Of a stretch of DNA of 64,000 bases, positions 1 to 9,452 are shown in pieces (position 1 is the first letter of the stretch; every line of letters begins with the position of its first letter). The notes under the pieces are model-generated. The model was not told where the DNA came from. It saw only the letters and a list, made by a program, of their open reading frames with translations, and made no database searches. The translations under genes were made by a program, and so were the position numbers. This DNA comes from Candidatus Poseidoniales archaeon. GTDB lineage: Archaea; Thermoplasmatota; Poseidoniia; MGIII; CG-Epi1. The DNA is taken from positions 1,879 through 65,878 of the forward strand of contig JBJLCA010000039.1 in NCBI GenBank assembly GCA_045567915.1. The letters run 5' to 3'.

Positions 1-14
1 AGGAGGCAAAAAAA

Positions 15-326
15 ATGGAATACGTCTATACAGCAATGTTGTTGCATTCAGCAGGAACAGAAGTAAGCGCAAAAAGCGTAGAAAAAGTCTTGAAAGCCGC
101 AGGCGTCAAGGCAGACAAATCAAGAGCAGAAGCTCTTGTCGCATCTCTTGAAGGAGTAGATATCGAAGAAGCAATGGCTACAGCAGCAGTAGCAGCACCA
201 GCAGCTAGCGGTGCAGCACCTGCAGCAGCATCTTCAGAAGAAGCTCCAGCAGAAGAAGCTGAAGAAGAAGAAGAAGAAGTAAGCGAAGAAGACGCAGTAT
301 CTGGACTAGGTGCACTTTTCGGTTAA
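15..326 (+). CDS. rpl12: 50S ribosomal stalk protein P1 (aL12/L12e)
   Basis: AGGAGG Shine-Dalgarno at 1-6, ATG at 15. Ala-rich body with Glu-rich tail ending [21 protein letters not shown], which is the diagnostic C-terminus of archaeal/eukaryotic P-stalk proteins. Confidence 0.9.
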   Translation: MEYVYTAMLLHSAGTEVSAKSVEKVLKAAGVKADKSRAEALVASLEGVDIEEAMATAAVAAPAASGAAPAAASSEEAPAEEAEEEEEEVSEEDAVSGLGALFG

Positions 327-357
327 GATTGAATGGGCATAGAGCCCTATAAATTCA

Positions 358-1533
358 ATGGATTCCGATCAGGAAAACCAAGCCACTACAGCATCTGAAG
401 ATAATCCTTCTTCAAATAATAGCGAAAGCTCTGTAGATACGCAAGAAGATTTCAGCAAATTCTCTGTTGATGAATTAAAATCTAAACTCAAAGAGGCCGG
501 TTTGCCAGTTTCTGGTAAAAAGGCAGAACTCGTGGAGAGGTTAGAGTCTTCTACATCTGAAAAATCAGATGCAGACTCAGAAGAGGATTCAGAGACAGAT
601 AAAGATTCACAAGTAACCGATGAGGATTCAGAAAAAGCTGATGCTAAACCAGTATTCACACTAGAGGAACTAGAGCAGTTATCTAGATCTCAATTGCGAA
701 AAATACGAAAGGATTATCATCATAAAGCTGAAGAATTAAGAGTTGCTAGAGATGAATTAAATCTCACCTCGCAAACACATGCAGCTGAAAGGAATGAATT
801 GAATGTTAAAGCGAAAGAATACATGGACGAGGTCCATATGTATCGAGATAGGCGAAATGGCTTAAATGTTGAAGTAGGCCAAATTAGGGACGAGAGAAAT
901 GAAGTCACCGAAAAAGTGAATTCACTAAAAGACAATTTCTTATCATTAAAACGTAAAAGGTTTTCAGGTCAAAATTTACCTCCAATATCAAGACTCCGAA
1001 AGCAAATACAAGAATTAGAAATTAAACAAATGACCACTCCACTTACAACAGATAAGGAAAGGGCATTAGTTGAGGAAATTTCATCCTTACAAAATAAAAT
1101 TAAGCAGCATGATGACTTGATTGAAACTGATACCGAAGTTTTAGATGCTAGAGACACATTTAGAGAATCTGAAAATAAGCGTCGTGAATTAAGTAAATCA
1201 ATGCAAAAGAGCCGTCAAGAAGCTCAAACAGCTCATCACTCAATGAAAGATTCATTAAGACTTAATCGTTCAACCCGTAGAAAAGCAGATGCAGCTCAGA
1301 GAGCCTTTGTAAAAGCTAAAGAAAAAGCGGATATTGTTCACAATGAATATATTGAATACTTGAGAGGCATGCAAGAAATCGACAGAATGACTGCATCCCA
1401 AGGTAAATCAGGTTCTTTAGCAGATCAAAAAGCTAGCGCAGCTAGTGCAGAGGATTTGTTTGCCAAGTTCTTGGCAGGTGAAAAATTGTCAACTGAGCAA
1501 CTAATGATTATTCAAAAAGCAGGAATGCTTTAA
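358..1533 (+). CDS. hypothetical protein: acidic N-terminus, SAP-like motif, then long coiled-coil
   Basis: Residues ~34-63 (FSVDELKSKLKEAGLPVSGKKAELVERL) match the SAP helix-extended-helix consensus. An acidic S/D/E-rich linker follows, then ~280 aa of heptad-like K/E/R/L-rich sequence. No enzymatic motif seen. Confidence 0.5.
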   Translation: MDSDQENQATTASEDNPSSNNSESSVDTQEDFSKFSVDELKSKLKEAGLPVSGKKAELVERLESSTSEKSDADSEEDSETDKDSQVTDEDSEKADAKPVFTLEELEQLSRSQLRKIRKDYHHKAEELRVARDELNLTSQTHAAERNELNVKAKEYMDEVHMYRDRRNGLNVEVGQIRDERNEVTEKVNSLKDNFLSLKRKRFSGQNLPPISRLRKQIQELEIKQMTTPLTTDKERALVEEISSLQNKIKQHDDLIETDTEVLDARDTFRESENKRRELSKSMQKSRQEAQTAHHSMKDSLRLNRSTRRKADAAQRAFVKAKEKADIVHNEYIEYLRGMQEIDRMTASQGKSGSLADQKASAASAEDLFAKFLAGEKLSTEQLMIIQKAGML

Positions 1534-1575
1534 TTTTAGTCTAAATTTTTTAACTACCTTTTAAATTTGGTATAA

Positions 1576-3501
1576 ATGAGTAGACCTATTTGGGTGCCTT
1601 CAAATGAAAGAATTAATAATTCTTTGATGCATAAATTTATGCAAAAGGGCCCTAAAGTTTTTGATTCATATTTTGAGTTACACAAGTGGTCTGTAGAGCA
1701 TATGGAAAGTTTTTGGTCTCAGTTTTGGGAATTTTCCAATATCAAGTATTCAAAGAATTACGATTCAATATTAGAGAATCCAGTGATGCCAGGTGCTAAG
1801 TGGTTTTCAGGTTCTGAGATTAATTATGCTGAAAATTTACTGAATGGAGATCCAAATCAAGTGGCAATCATCTCCTTAGGAGAAGATAAACCTGCAAAAT
1901 CAATAACATTTCAAGAACTTAACCAGAAGGTATCTTCTGTTCAGAAAGGTTTAGTTAGTCTAGGTGTAAAGAAGGATACAATTGTAGCAGGTTTTGTTCC
2001 TAATTGTGTCGAAACCGTAATTATTATGCTTGCAGTTTCTTCACTTGGAGGGATATGGACTTCCTGTTCACCAGATTTTGGGGCAAAGGGCGTGGTTGAT
2101 AGGTTTGGACAAGTCAATCCTCATATCCTAATTACTTCAAATGGATACAGTTATAATGGAAAAATATTCCAATTAGAAGAAAAAGTCAATGGAGTTCTAG
2201 AAGTAATTGATAGTATTAAACATATCATTGAAATAGAATACATTGATATTCAATCTGAATTTAATCATGATTCAGTTATCTCTTTTCGCAAATTATTAGA
2301 TAATGAAGCCGCACCTCCAAAGTTTGAGCAATTGCCTTTTGATCATCCACTATACATAATGTATTCATCAGGGACTACGGGACCTCCAAAGTCGATTGTA
2401 CATGGTGCAGGAGGCACATTAATTCAACATATGAAGGAACATCAACTTCACTGTGATGTTCAAGCAGGTAAATCTAAAATGTTTTGGTTTACTACATGTG
2501 GATGGATGATGTGGAATTGGTTAGTTTCAGGTCTTTCTTCAGGAGCTACCATAGTTTTGTATGATGGAAGTCCAAGTTATCCCAATCTTGGGAAGCTATG
2601 GAAGATAATAGATGATGTTGGAATCACTCATTTCGGAACGAGTCCTAAATTTTTGAGTGCGTGTGATTCAGCTAAAATCTTACCAAATGAGTTCTGCACT
2701 TTGGATAGCTTACAAGCAATATTGTCTACAGGTTCTCCTTTAGTTGAAGAGCAGTTTGATTGGATTTACGATCATGTCAAATCAGATATCCAACTTTCAT
2801 CGATATCTGGTGGTACAGACATAATAGGTTGCTTTTTGGCAGGTTCACCAACACTTCCCGTTTTCCGTGGAGAGCTACAATGTCCACAGTTAGGCATGGC
2901 AGTTCAATCTTGGAATGATGAAGGTGTAGCATTAATTGGAGAAAGTGGAGAGTTAGTATGTACCAAACCGTTCCCATCAATGCCTATTGGATTTTGGAAT
3001 GATCAAAATGGTTCGAATTATAATTCAGCATACTTTGAAGAATTCAAGGGAGTTTGGACACACGGTGATTATTTAGAGATTACAGAAAATGGCGGTGCAA
3101 TAATATATGGAAGAAGCGATACTACGTTAAATCCAGGTGGAGTAAGAATTGGAACTGCTGAGATATATCGCTCAATTGAGAGCTTTGAGGAAATCATTGA
3201 TTCTGTAGTCATAGGAAAACCAGAGGGTTCAGATGTATCTATTGTCCTATGCTTAAAATTGATAGAAGGTATGAATATTACAAAAGTTTTGGAGGATGAA
3301 ATAAAACTTCAGATACGGAATTCAACAAGCCCTCGTCATGTTCCAAATTTTGTATTCCAAGTAGAAGATATTCCATATACTATTAGCGGAAAGAAAGTTG
3401 AAAAAGCAGTTCTGCATTCAATTTTAGGCAAGAAGATTAAAAATAAAGATGCTTTGGCAAATCCGGAATCACTGGCAGAATATGCTAATTTACCATTCTA
3501 A
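1576..3501 (+). CDS. acetoacetyl-CoA synthetase (acetoacetate--CoA ligase), AMP-forming
   Basis: N-terminus PIWVPSNERINNSLMHKF is typical of acetoacetyl-CoA synthetases. It has the adenylate-forming motif YSSGTTGPPKSIVHG and C-terminal GKKVE. Length 641 aa. Confidence 0.75.
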   Translation: MSRPIWVPSNERINNSLMHKFMQKGPKVFDSYFELHKWSVEHMESFWSQFWEFSNIKYSKNYDSILENPVMPGAKWFSGSEINYAENLLNGDPNQVAIISLGEDKPAKSITFQELNQKVSSVQKGLVSLGVKKDTIVAGFVPNCVETVIIMLAVSSLGGIWTSCSPDFGAKGVVDRFGQVNPHILITSNGYSYNGKIFQLEEKVNGVLEVIDSIKHIIEIEYIDIQSEFNHDSVISFRKLLDNEAAPPKFEQLPFDHPLYIMYSSGTTGPPKSIVHGAGGTLIQHMKEHQLHCDVQAGKSKMFWFTTCGWMMWNWLVSGLSSGATIVLYDGSPSYPNLGKLWKIIDDVGITHFGTSPKFLSACDSAKILPNEFCTLDSLQAILSTGSPLVEEQFDWIYDHVKSDIQLSSISGGTDIIGCFLAGSPTLPVFRGELQCPQLGMAVQSWNDEGVALIGESGELVCTKPFPSMPIGFWNDQNGSNYNSAYFEEFKGVWTHGDYLEITENGGAIIYGRSDTTLNPGGVRIGTAEIYRSIESFEEIIDSVVIGKPEGSDVSIVLCLKLIEGMNITKVLEDEIKLQIRNSTSPRHVPNFVFQVEDIPYTISGKKVEKAVLHSILGKKIKNKDALANPESLAEYANLPF

Positions 3502-3510
3502 AGGCTTTAA

Positions 3511-6500
3511 ATGGAACACTTCTACCAAAATATGAAATCCCTATTTGTCTTATTACTTTTTGTCACATCAATCGTGGCAAATCACGTAGACATAGAGGCA
3601 AAGCATTCAGGTGAAACTGAGATTAAAATTGAATACATAGACTGTGGCCCTTCCTCATTTTCTGACAGTGTCAAAAGTTCTTTTTTAAAGAAGATTAATA
3701 GTAATTATTTGGATTCAGAATTATACAAGCTGACAGACTGGATTGTGTTAATTAATGATAATCATTGTCATCATGATTTAGATTTTTTATTTAACTTATC
3801 TAATCTGGAAGCATATCATTCAATAAGAATTATTGATGGGGGCTGGAGTATAAGCTTTCAGTCTGGAGACATTGCTTATTCCGTATTAGATAACTGGAGA
3901 AATACCGGAAAAGTTTGGGGTTTTTATCCAGAAATTAGCATAAGAAATGAATTGCGTTATGAGCCTAATGATCCATATTATGTTTCAGGAGATCAATGGT
4001 ATTTGAACAATTATGGTCAAAATGGCGGAAATTCGGGAATTGACATCAGTCCCCAAAGTGCTTGGGAAAACTATGACGGAGCAGGCATACGTATTGGAGT
4101 AGTTGATGACGGTATAGATTATGATAATCCAGATTTGTCTGCTAATTTTGCGAGTTCTTTGAGTTATGATTATTGTGATGACGATGGTGATGTTATGCCT
4201 TCAGATTCAGACAATGACGGTGAAATTGACTGGCATGGTACTGCGGTTGCTGGCATAGTCTCCGCAAAAGGTAACAATAGTATAGGGATTTCAGGCGTTT
4301 CCTATAATTCAGATTTGGTAGGGATAAGACTGGTTGCAGATTCTTGTAATTCATCATTTACCTTAGATGAATCTGAGGCATATGCGCTTAATCATAGATT
4401 AGATGTTGTAGACATTTATGCAAATAGTTGGGGTCCACCAGATGACGGTAATCTTTTAGGTGAAATAGGTCCTTTAGCATTGTCAGCCTTAGAGGAAGGA
4501 GTCTCTGAAGGTCGCGACGGGTTAGGTTCCATTTATGTTTGGGCTGCAGGCAACGGTCACCAAAATGGAGATAATTCTAATAAAGATGCTTATGCAAACA
4601 GTAGATATACTGTAGCTGTAGGAGCAATAAATTGGAAAGGCGAACGTACAGAGTATTCAGAATCAGGATCAAATTTAATGCTTGTAGCACCTTCACATAA
4701 CAATAGTGAATGGGTTGATCCAGCTATATTTTCAACAGATATTTCAGGATCTGATGGTCACACTAATACAAGTTATTTAGATGATATGGGAGGTACTTCA
4801 GCATCTACACCGATGGTTGCAGGAGTAATTGCATTAATGCTAGAAGCAAATCCTGATTTGACATGGCGTGACGTCCAACATATCCTAGTAAGAACATCTA
4901 AAATGGTAGACAGTTCTAATGAAGGTTGGTTTAAGACATATGAAGGACGCGATTATAATCACGCATATGGATATGGTCTAGTCGATGCTAGCAGCGCAGT
5001 TAACCTTGCTAGAAATTGGGAAAACGTAACTGGAGAAATGAATTTAACAGAAGTTACTGCTAATACAGGAAAAATCATGGTGAATGAAATTATAAGTGAT
5101 GCCAATGAGTTGGGAGTAACTTCGGAATTCTTTGTTAAGGAAAGCATAGATATAGAAACGATTGAGATAAAAGTCAATATTTCACATTCTTGGAGGGGAG
5201 ATTTGAATTTATTTTTAGAATCTCCTAATGGTATTGTATCTGAGTTAGTTCGAGAAAGTAATGATGGTAATGATAATTATCGAGATTGGACTTTTTCATC
5301 AGTAGTTCATTGGGATGAAAATTCGTTTGGACTTTGGAAATTAAAAGCTAATGATACTGTGTTTGGAGGCGATACAGGAGTTTGGGTTGACTGGAATATG
5401 ACTATTTACGGTCATCCTGCAGCTGATCGCGATTTTGACGGACTTACTGATTTTGCAGAATCTAAGCTTGGAACTAAACTCTCAGATCCAGACGATGATA
5501 ATGACGGTTTATTAGATGGTGAAGAATATTATGGATGGTTAGATTTGCAAGGTAATTTCCATTTGACCGATCTTAAAGATCAAGATTCCGACGATGATGG
5601 AGTTACGGATTGGTATGAAGGCCGCGAGGATAACTTAACACGTTCACTTACCGATCCAAATGATAATGATACCGATGATGATGGAATACTTGACGGCTGT
5701 GAGATATATGGTTTAGATGATTGTGATAATTATGTAACAGATCCGTTAGAAGTAGATACTGATGGGGATGGAATCAGTGATTATGATGAAATTTTCGCTA
5801 ATTTACTTGAGCCTTCAAGGCTTAGAAGTGATCCAACTAAAATTGATTCGGATAATGACGGAATGCCAGATCCTTACGAATTAGATAATGGCTTTGGTCC
5901 TAAAGTAACTGCCGATGGCTTTCAAGATTCAGATTGTGATGGAGTGCAGGTTCAGTTTCAAGGTCTTGATTGTATTTTATTGAATGAGAATTCAATAAGG
6001 TATACTAATTACCAAGAATATTTAATGGGTACTAATCCAAATGACCCAGATACAGATTTAGATGGCCTACCTGATGGTTGGGAATATTTTTCTGGATTAA
6101 ATCCTTTAGTTGATGATTCTCATCTTGATTTCGATAATGATACGATTTCGAATATTTATGAGTTTAACAATTATTTGGTAGAGTCTGATATTTTTTCAAA
6201 AATGAGTTCAGGGTTGCGAGCCTATTGGCAATTTGAGTCTTCGTTCCCAACTGACGCAATAGGTTCAGGTCCGAGTTCACATTTTGCCTCGATGGTTAAT
6301 GGTGCAACTAAAATTCCTGCAAAACTGGCTAATGGTGTATATTGCGATGGTTCATCATCTCATCTAACTATTGATTCAATTAAGAATACGAAATTTACAG
6401 AATATACGGTACAGACTTGGGTTAAGTTGACCAATTATACAAACTTTGGGACTATAGTTGGGACGGCTACAGATGGTAGAACATGGTTAGGCATAGACTC

Positions 6501-7626
6501 TGAAGGTTTCATTCAATTTAGAGTATTCGCAGGTAATACCCTTTATTCAACACCTCTAGAAAATGATACGAGAGCAGCACTTGATGTCTGGTATCATGTT
6601 GCAGCAACTTATAGTGAAACTGGTAATTCATTAAGACTTTATGTTAATGGTACATTGGCTACAAATGCCACGATATCATCCTCGGATTCAATAAAAACAG
6701 CAGGAAGTAAAAATTACATTTGTAGAGGCCAAAGTGGAGCTTATCTTAACGGAACGGTAGATCATATTGCTATATGGGAAAGGGCATTTACAGAAGACGA
6801 AATAAGGTATTTTTATGAAAGACCATTAGCAATAGATAATTATTTCAATTTAAGGGTAGATGATGGAATAAGATACACGAATGCTAATTCTACAGATACT
6901 GATGAAGATGGTTTATCAGATGGGGAAGAATTCTATTTCGGTTTAGATGGATATTTAACAGATCCTACTAATAATGACACCGATGGAGATGGGTTGAACG
7001 ATTATCAGGAATGGTACTTCTTTGGAACGGACCCTACAACAAATGACACAGACTCCGATAATTTCACGGATGACATTGATATTTTCCCGCTAGATTCAAC
7101 AGAATGGATTGATACTGATGGAGATGGAGTTGGAGATAATTCAGATTATTTCCCACTTGATTTTAATGAAAGCAAAGACTCAGATTTAGATGGGTTGGGA
7201 GACAAACTTGAAATATTGATGCAAACTAATCCGTTTTCAAATGATACAGACGGAGATGGCAGTATTGATTCAATAGATAAATTTCCTTTAAATGACACTG
7301 AGTACTTAGATTCGGACAACGATGGTTTTGGAGACAATATTGATAAGTGTCCTGAAAATCCTAATGGTTATTTAGATTCAGACGATGATGGTTATTGTGA
7401 TAATGTGGATGCATTTCCATTAAATCCAAATGAATATTTGGATTCTGATAGTGATGGTTACGGCGACAATTCAGACAAGTATCCTAACGATTCTTCAAAG
7501 TCTAGTGATCCTCTTCAGAAAGTCGATAAGAATGATCCATTAAGTGGGGGAACCTTAGATTTGGCTTTACCTTATATTGTACTAATAGGTACACTTTATT
7601 TTATTTTCAAATTTTTCAGAAAATAA
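3511..7626 (+). CDS. secreted subtilisin/kexin-like S8 serine protease with P-domain, thrombospondin type-3 Ca-binding repeats, LamG/ConA-like domain and C-terminal TM anchor
   Basis: Signal-like N-terminus (MKSLFVLLLFVTSIVA). S8 catalytic triad contexts are VVDDGID (Asp), DWHGTAVAGIV (His) and GTSASTPMVAGVIAL (Ser). P-domain pattern HSWRGDLNLFLESPNGIVSELV...WTFSSVVHWDENSFGLWKLKA. Many DxDxDGxxDxxE repeats. LamG-like WYHVAATYSETGNSLRLYVNG. C-terminal hydrophobic LALPYIVLIGTLYFIF then KFFRK. Confidence 0.8.
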   Translation: MEHFYQNMKSLFVLLLFVTSIVANHVDIEAKHSGETEIKIEYIDCGPSSFSDSVKSSFLKKINSNYLDSELYKLTDWIVLINDNHCHHDLDFLFNLSNLEAYHSIRIIDGGWSISFQSGDIAYSVLDNWRNTGKVWGFYPEISIRNELRYEPNDPYYVSGDQWYLNNYGQNGGNSGIDISPQSAWENYDGAGIRIGVVDDGIDYDNPDLSANFASSLSYDYCDDDGDVMPSDSDNDGEIDWHGTAVAGIVSAKGNNSIGISGVSYNSDLVGIRLVADSCNSSFTLDESEAYALNHRLDVVDIYANSWGPPDDGNLLGEIGPLALSALEEGVSEGRDGLGSIYVWAAGNGHQNGDNSNKDAYANSRYTVAVGAINWKGERTEYSESGSNLMLVAPSHNNSEWVDPAIFSTDISGSDGHTNTSYLDDMGGTSASTPMVAGVIALMLEANPDLTWRDVQHILVRTSKMVDSSNEGWFKTYEGRDYNHAYGYGLVDASSAVNLARNWENVTGEMNLTEVTANTGKIMVNEIISDANELGVTSEFFVKESIDIETIEIKVNISHSWRGDLNLFLESPNGIVSELVRESNDGNDNYRDWTFSSVVHWDENSFGLWKLKANDTVFGGDTGVWVDWNMTIYGHPAADRDFDGLTDFAESKLGTKLSDPDDDNDGLLDGEEYYGWLDLQGNFHLTDLKDQDSDDDGVTDWYEGREDNLTRSLTDPNDNDTDDDGILDGCEIYGLDDCDNYVTDPLEVDTDGDGISDYDEIFANLLEPSRLRSDPTKIDSDNDGMPDPYELDNGFGPKVTADGFQDSDCDGVQVQFQGLDCILLNENSIRYTNYQEYLMGTNPNDPDTDLDGLPDGWEYFSGLNPLVDDSHLDFDNDTISNIYEFNNYLVESDIFSKMSSGLRAYWQFESSFPTDAIGSGPSSHFASMVNGATKIPAKLANGVYCDGSSSHLTIDSIKNTKFTEYTVQTWVKLTNYTNFGTIVGTATDGRTWLGIDSEGFIQFRVFAGNTLYSTPLENDTRAALDVWYHVAATYSETGNSLRLYVNGTLATNATISSSDSIKTAGSKNYICRGQSGAYLNGTVDHIAIWERAFTEDEIRYFYERPLAIDNYFNLRVDDGIRYTNANSTDTDEDGLSDGEEFYFGLDGYLTDPTNNDTDGDGLNDYQEWYFFGTDPTTNDTDSDNFTDDIDIFPLDSTEWIDTDGDGVGDNSDYFPLDFNESKDSDLDGLGDKLEILMQTNPFSNDTDGDGSIDSIDKFPLNDTEYLDSDNDGFGDNIDKCPENPNGYLDSDDDGYCDNVDAFPLNPNEYLDSDSDGYGDNSDKYPNDSSKSSDPLQKVDKNDPLSGGTLDLALPYIVLIGTLYFIFKFFRK

Positions 7627-7627
7627 T

Positions 7628-9451
7628 TTATAATTTCTTTTCAACTCTTTCTGTAATTGTTGTAAGTAATTGTTCACAATCAATTAATACCTTATTCAAC
7701 TCAGTAATAGTTTTCTCAATATATTTTTTATCCTCAATACTATTCAAATTTATTCTAACGTTATACGCTGCAGATCTAGCTCCTGCAATGGACATATGTG
7801 CTCCAGAGCCCACATCACTGGCCATACTATCGTCCATTAACTTAGATATTCTTTTACAAACTTTTAACGCATTATAACAATTTTTGACTGTTTCTAGTGG
7901 TATTTCCGTTGCAGCTTTATATCCCTCTTGCATTTTCTCTGCACGTAGTTTTTTTTCAGAATCTGAATCTTTGGGCATTCTCATGGCCTTGATTACTTTA
8001 TCAAATGCGTTGGTATCTTCATCAATTGCGTTTACCAAGAATTCCTTAATTTTCTGACCATCTTCGGCGATTTGATTTAATTCATCACTATACTCTTCAA
8101 ATCCGGATTTAGATGCGCATAAATTAGCAACCATAACTCCAAGTGCAACACCTAATGAACCTGAAATGGCGGCCACAGATCCTCCACCTGGCGCTGGAGA
8201 ATCCCTAGATACTTCATCAATTAGGTCAAATGTTATTCGATTTGCGAGTTCACCATCATTTTTAGGCATACCTAGTATCTTATCAGCTGGATTAAAATCA
8301 CTAACGTCCGATAATCCTAGACTTTGAATTGCCACATTTACTAGGTCAATTGGTGGCATTCCTGAAGATTTACCCATTTTTCTCAGGTAATACTTTCCAG
8401 CTTCTTCAATTGCATTATAGGGTATGAGTCCTACGATTTCGGAGCCTGTAATTCTCAAACCTCTTTTTTCAGCTTCTTCACAAGCGGCTTCAAATATTTT
8501 GTGAATAGGGCTAATTTTGTAATTGGTTAGGTTCATACTAATTTGCGCTCTGTTATATTCTGGGATTACCCAACCTAACCCTTTTACATGTGTAAAACGT
8601 CCCTCCTTGTAAACTGGCTTACCAATCAGGTTATCAGGATCTAATCCTAAGGAGCAGTATCTTTTTCTAAAATCTCTTCCATCTTTACGATAGAAGTTTT
8701 CGATTTCTTCAAGATTTTTACCTATATAGTTGGAATTACTATCTGGATAGTACTCTTTACCGAAATTGACGACATCTCCCTTATAGTAGAAACTATCTTT
8801 CTGGTTAATTCTTTTCCACCTTCCTCTTTCCCTTAGCTCATAGGCTATTTCGTTTGCATAAGTTCGATCTGTAGTATTCAAATTGATATTATAAGCAATT
8901 AAAAATTCTCTAGCCCCAATAGCAGTAGCCCCAGATTTTACGTTTAACTTTTTTGGTCCAAAATCAGGTTTCCAATTTTTATCTTTCAATTTCTCGCCCA
9001 ATCCTTCGTATTCCCCATTTCTAACGTTTGCCAAATTTTTCCGTTCTTCGTTTGTGGCTGCCTTTTCGTACAGGAAAATAGGGATTTTGAGAAGTTTACC
9101 TACATCATTGCCCAACTTTTTAGCAATGTCAATACAGTCTTCCATAGACACGCTTGATACTGGAATGAAAGGACAAACATCTGTTGCACCCATTCTAGGA
9201 TGGGCTCCAGCATGTTTACTCATGTCGATTAGTTCGGCAGCTTTTTCAATTCCTTTAAATGCTGCCTTTCCTACATAATTACTTTCAGCGATAAATGTAA
9301 CAACGGTACGATTAGTATCTGAACCCATATCTATATCAAGTATTTCAACAGTTTTTACGGTTTTGATTGCATCACAAATTTTATCGATTATATTTTTATC
9401 TTTTCCCTCTGAAAAATTAGGTACACATTCAATAATTTTTTTTGATGACAT
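7628..9451 (-). CDS. ftcD: glutamate formimidoyltransferase-cyclodeaminase (bifunctional FTCD-like)
   Basis: N-terminus MSSKKIIECVPNFSEGKD is the classic formiminotransferase start. I chose the ATG at 9451; the track start at 9475 is a TTG. The C-terminal ~200 aa are helical, consistent with a cyclodeaminase domain. 607-615 aa, with an insertion relative to ~540-aa FTCDs. Confidence 0.7.
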   Translation of the reverse strand: MSSKKIIECVPNFSEGKDKNIIDKICDAIKTVKTVEILDIDMGSDTNRTVVTFIAESNYVGKAAFKGIEKAAELIDMSKHAGAHPRMGATDVCPFIPVSSVSMEDCIDIAKKLGNDVGKLLKIPIFLYEKAATNEERKNLANVRNGEYEGLGEKLKDKNWKPDFGPKKLNVKSGATAIGAREFLIAYNINLNTTDRTYANEIAYELRERGRWKRINQKDSFYYKGDVVNFGKEYYPDSNSNYIGKNLEEIENFYRKDGRDFRKRYCSLGLDPDNLIGKPVYKEGRFTHVKGLGWVIPEYNRAQISMNLTNYKISPIHKIFEAACEEAEKRGLRITGSEIVGLIPYNAIEEAGKYYLRKMGKSSGMPPIDLVNVAIQSLGLSDVSDFNPADKILGMPKNDGELANRITFDLIDEVSRDSPAPGGGSVAAISGSLGVALGVMVANLCASKSGFEEYSDELNQIAEDGQKIKEFLVNAIDEDTNAFDKVIKAMRMPKDSDSEKKLRAEKMQEGYKAATEIPLETVKNCYNALKVCKRISKLMDDSMASDVGSGAHMSIAGARSAAYNVRINLNSIEDKKYIEKTITELNKVLIDCEQLLTTITERVEKKL

Positions 9452-9452
9452 A

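Noticed and set aside
215-326. Poly-Glu/Ala low-complexity stretch
   Set aside because: This is the normal acidic hinge/tail of P-stalk proteins and not a repeat element.
369-1157. Three minus-strand ORFs (369..659, 720..935, 969..1157), S-rich
   Set aside because: Antisense to the 391-aa SAP/coiled-coil gene. Serine-rich because they are the reverse complement of GAA/GAT-rich codons. Spurious.
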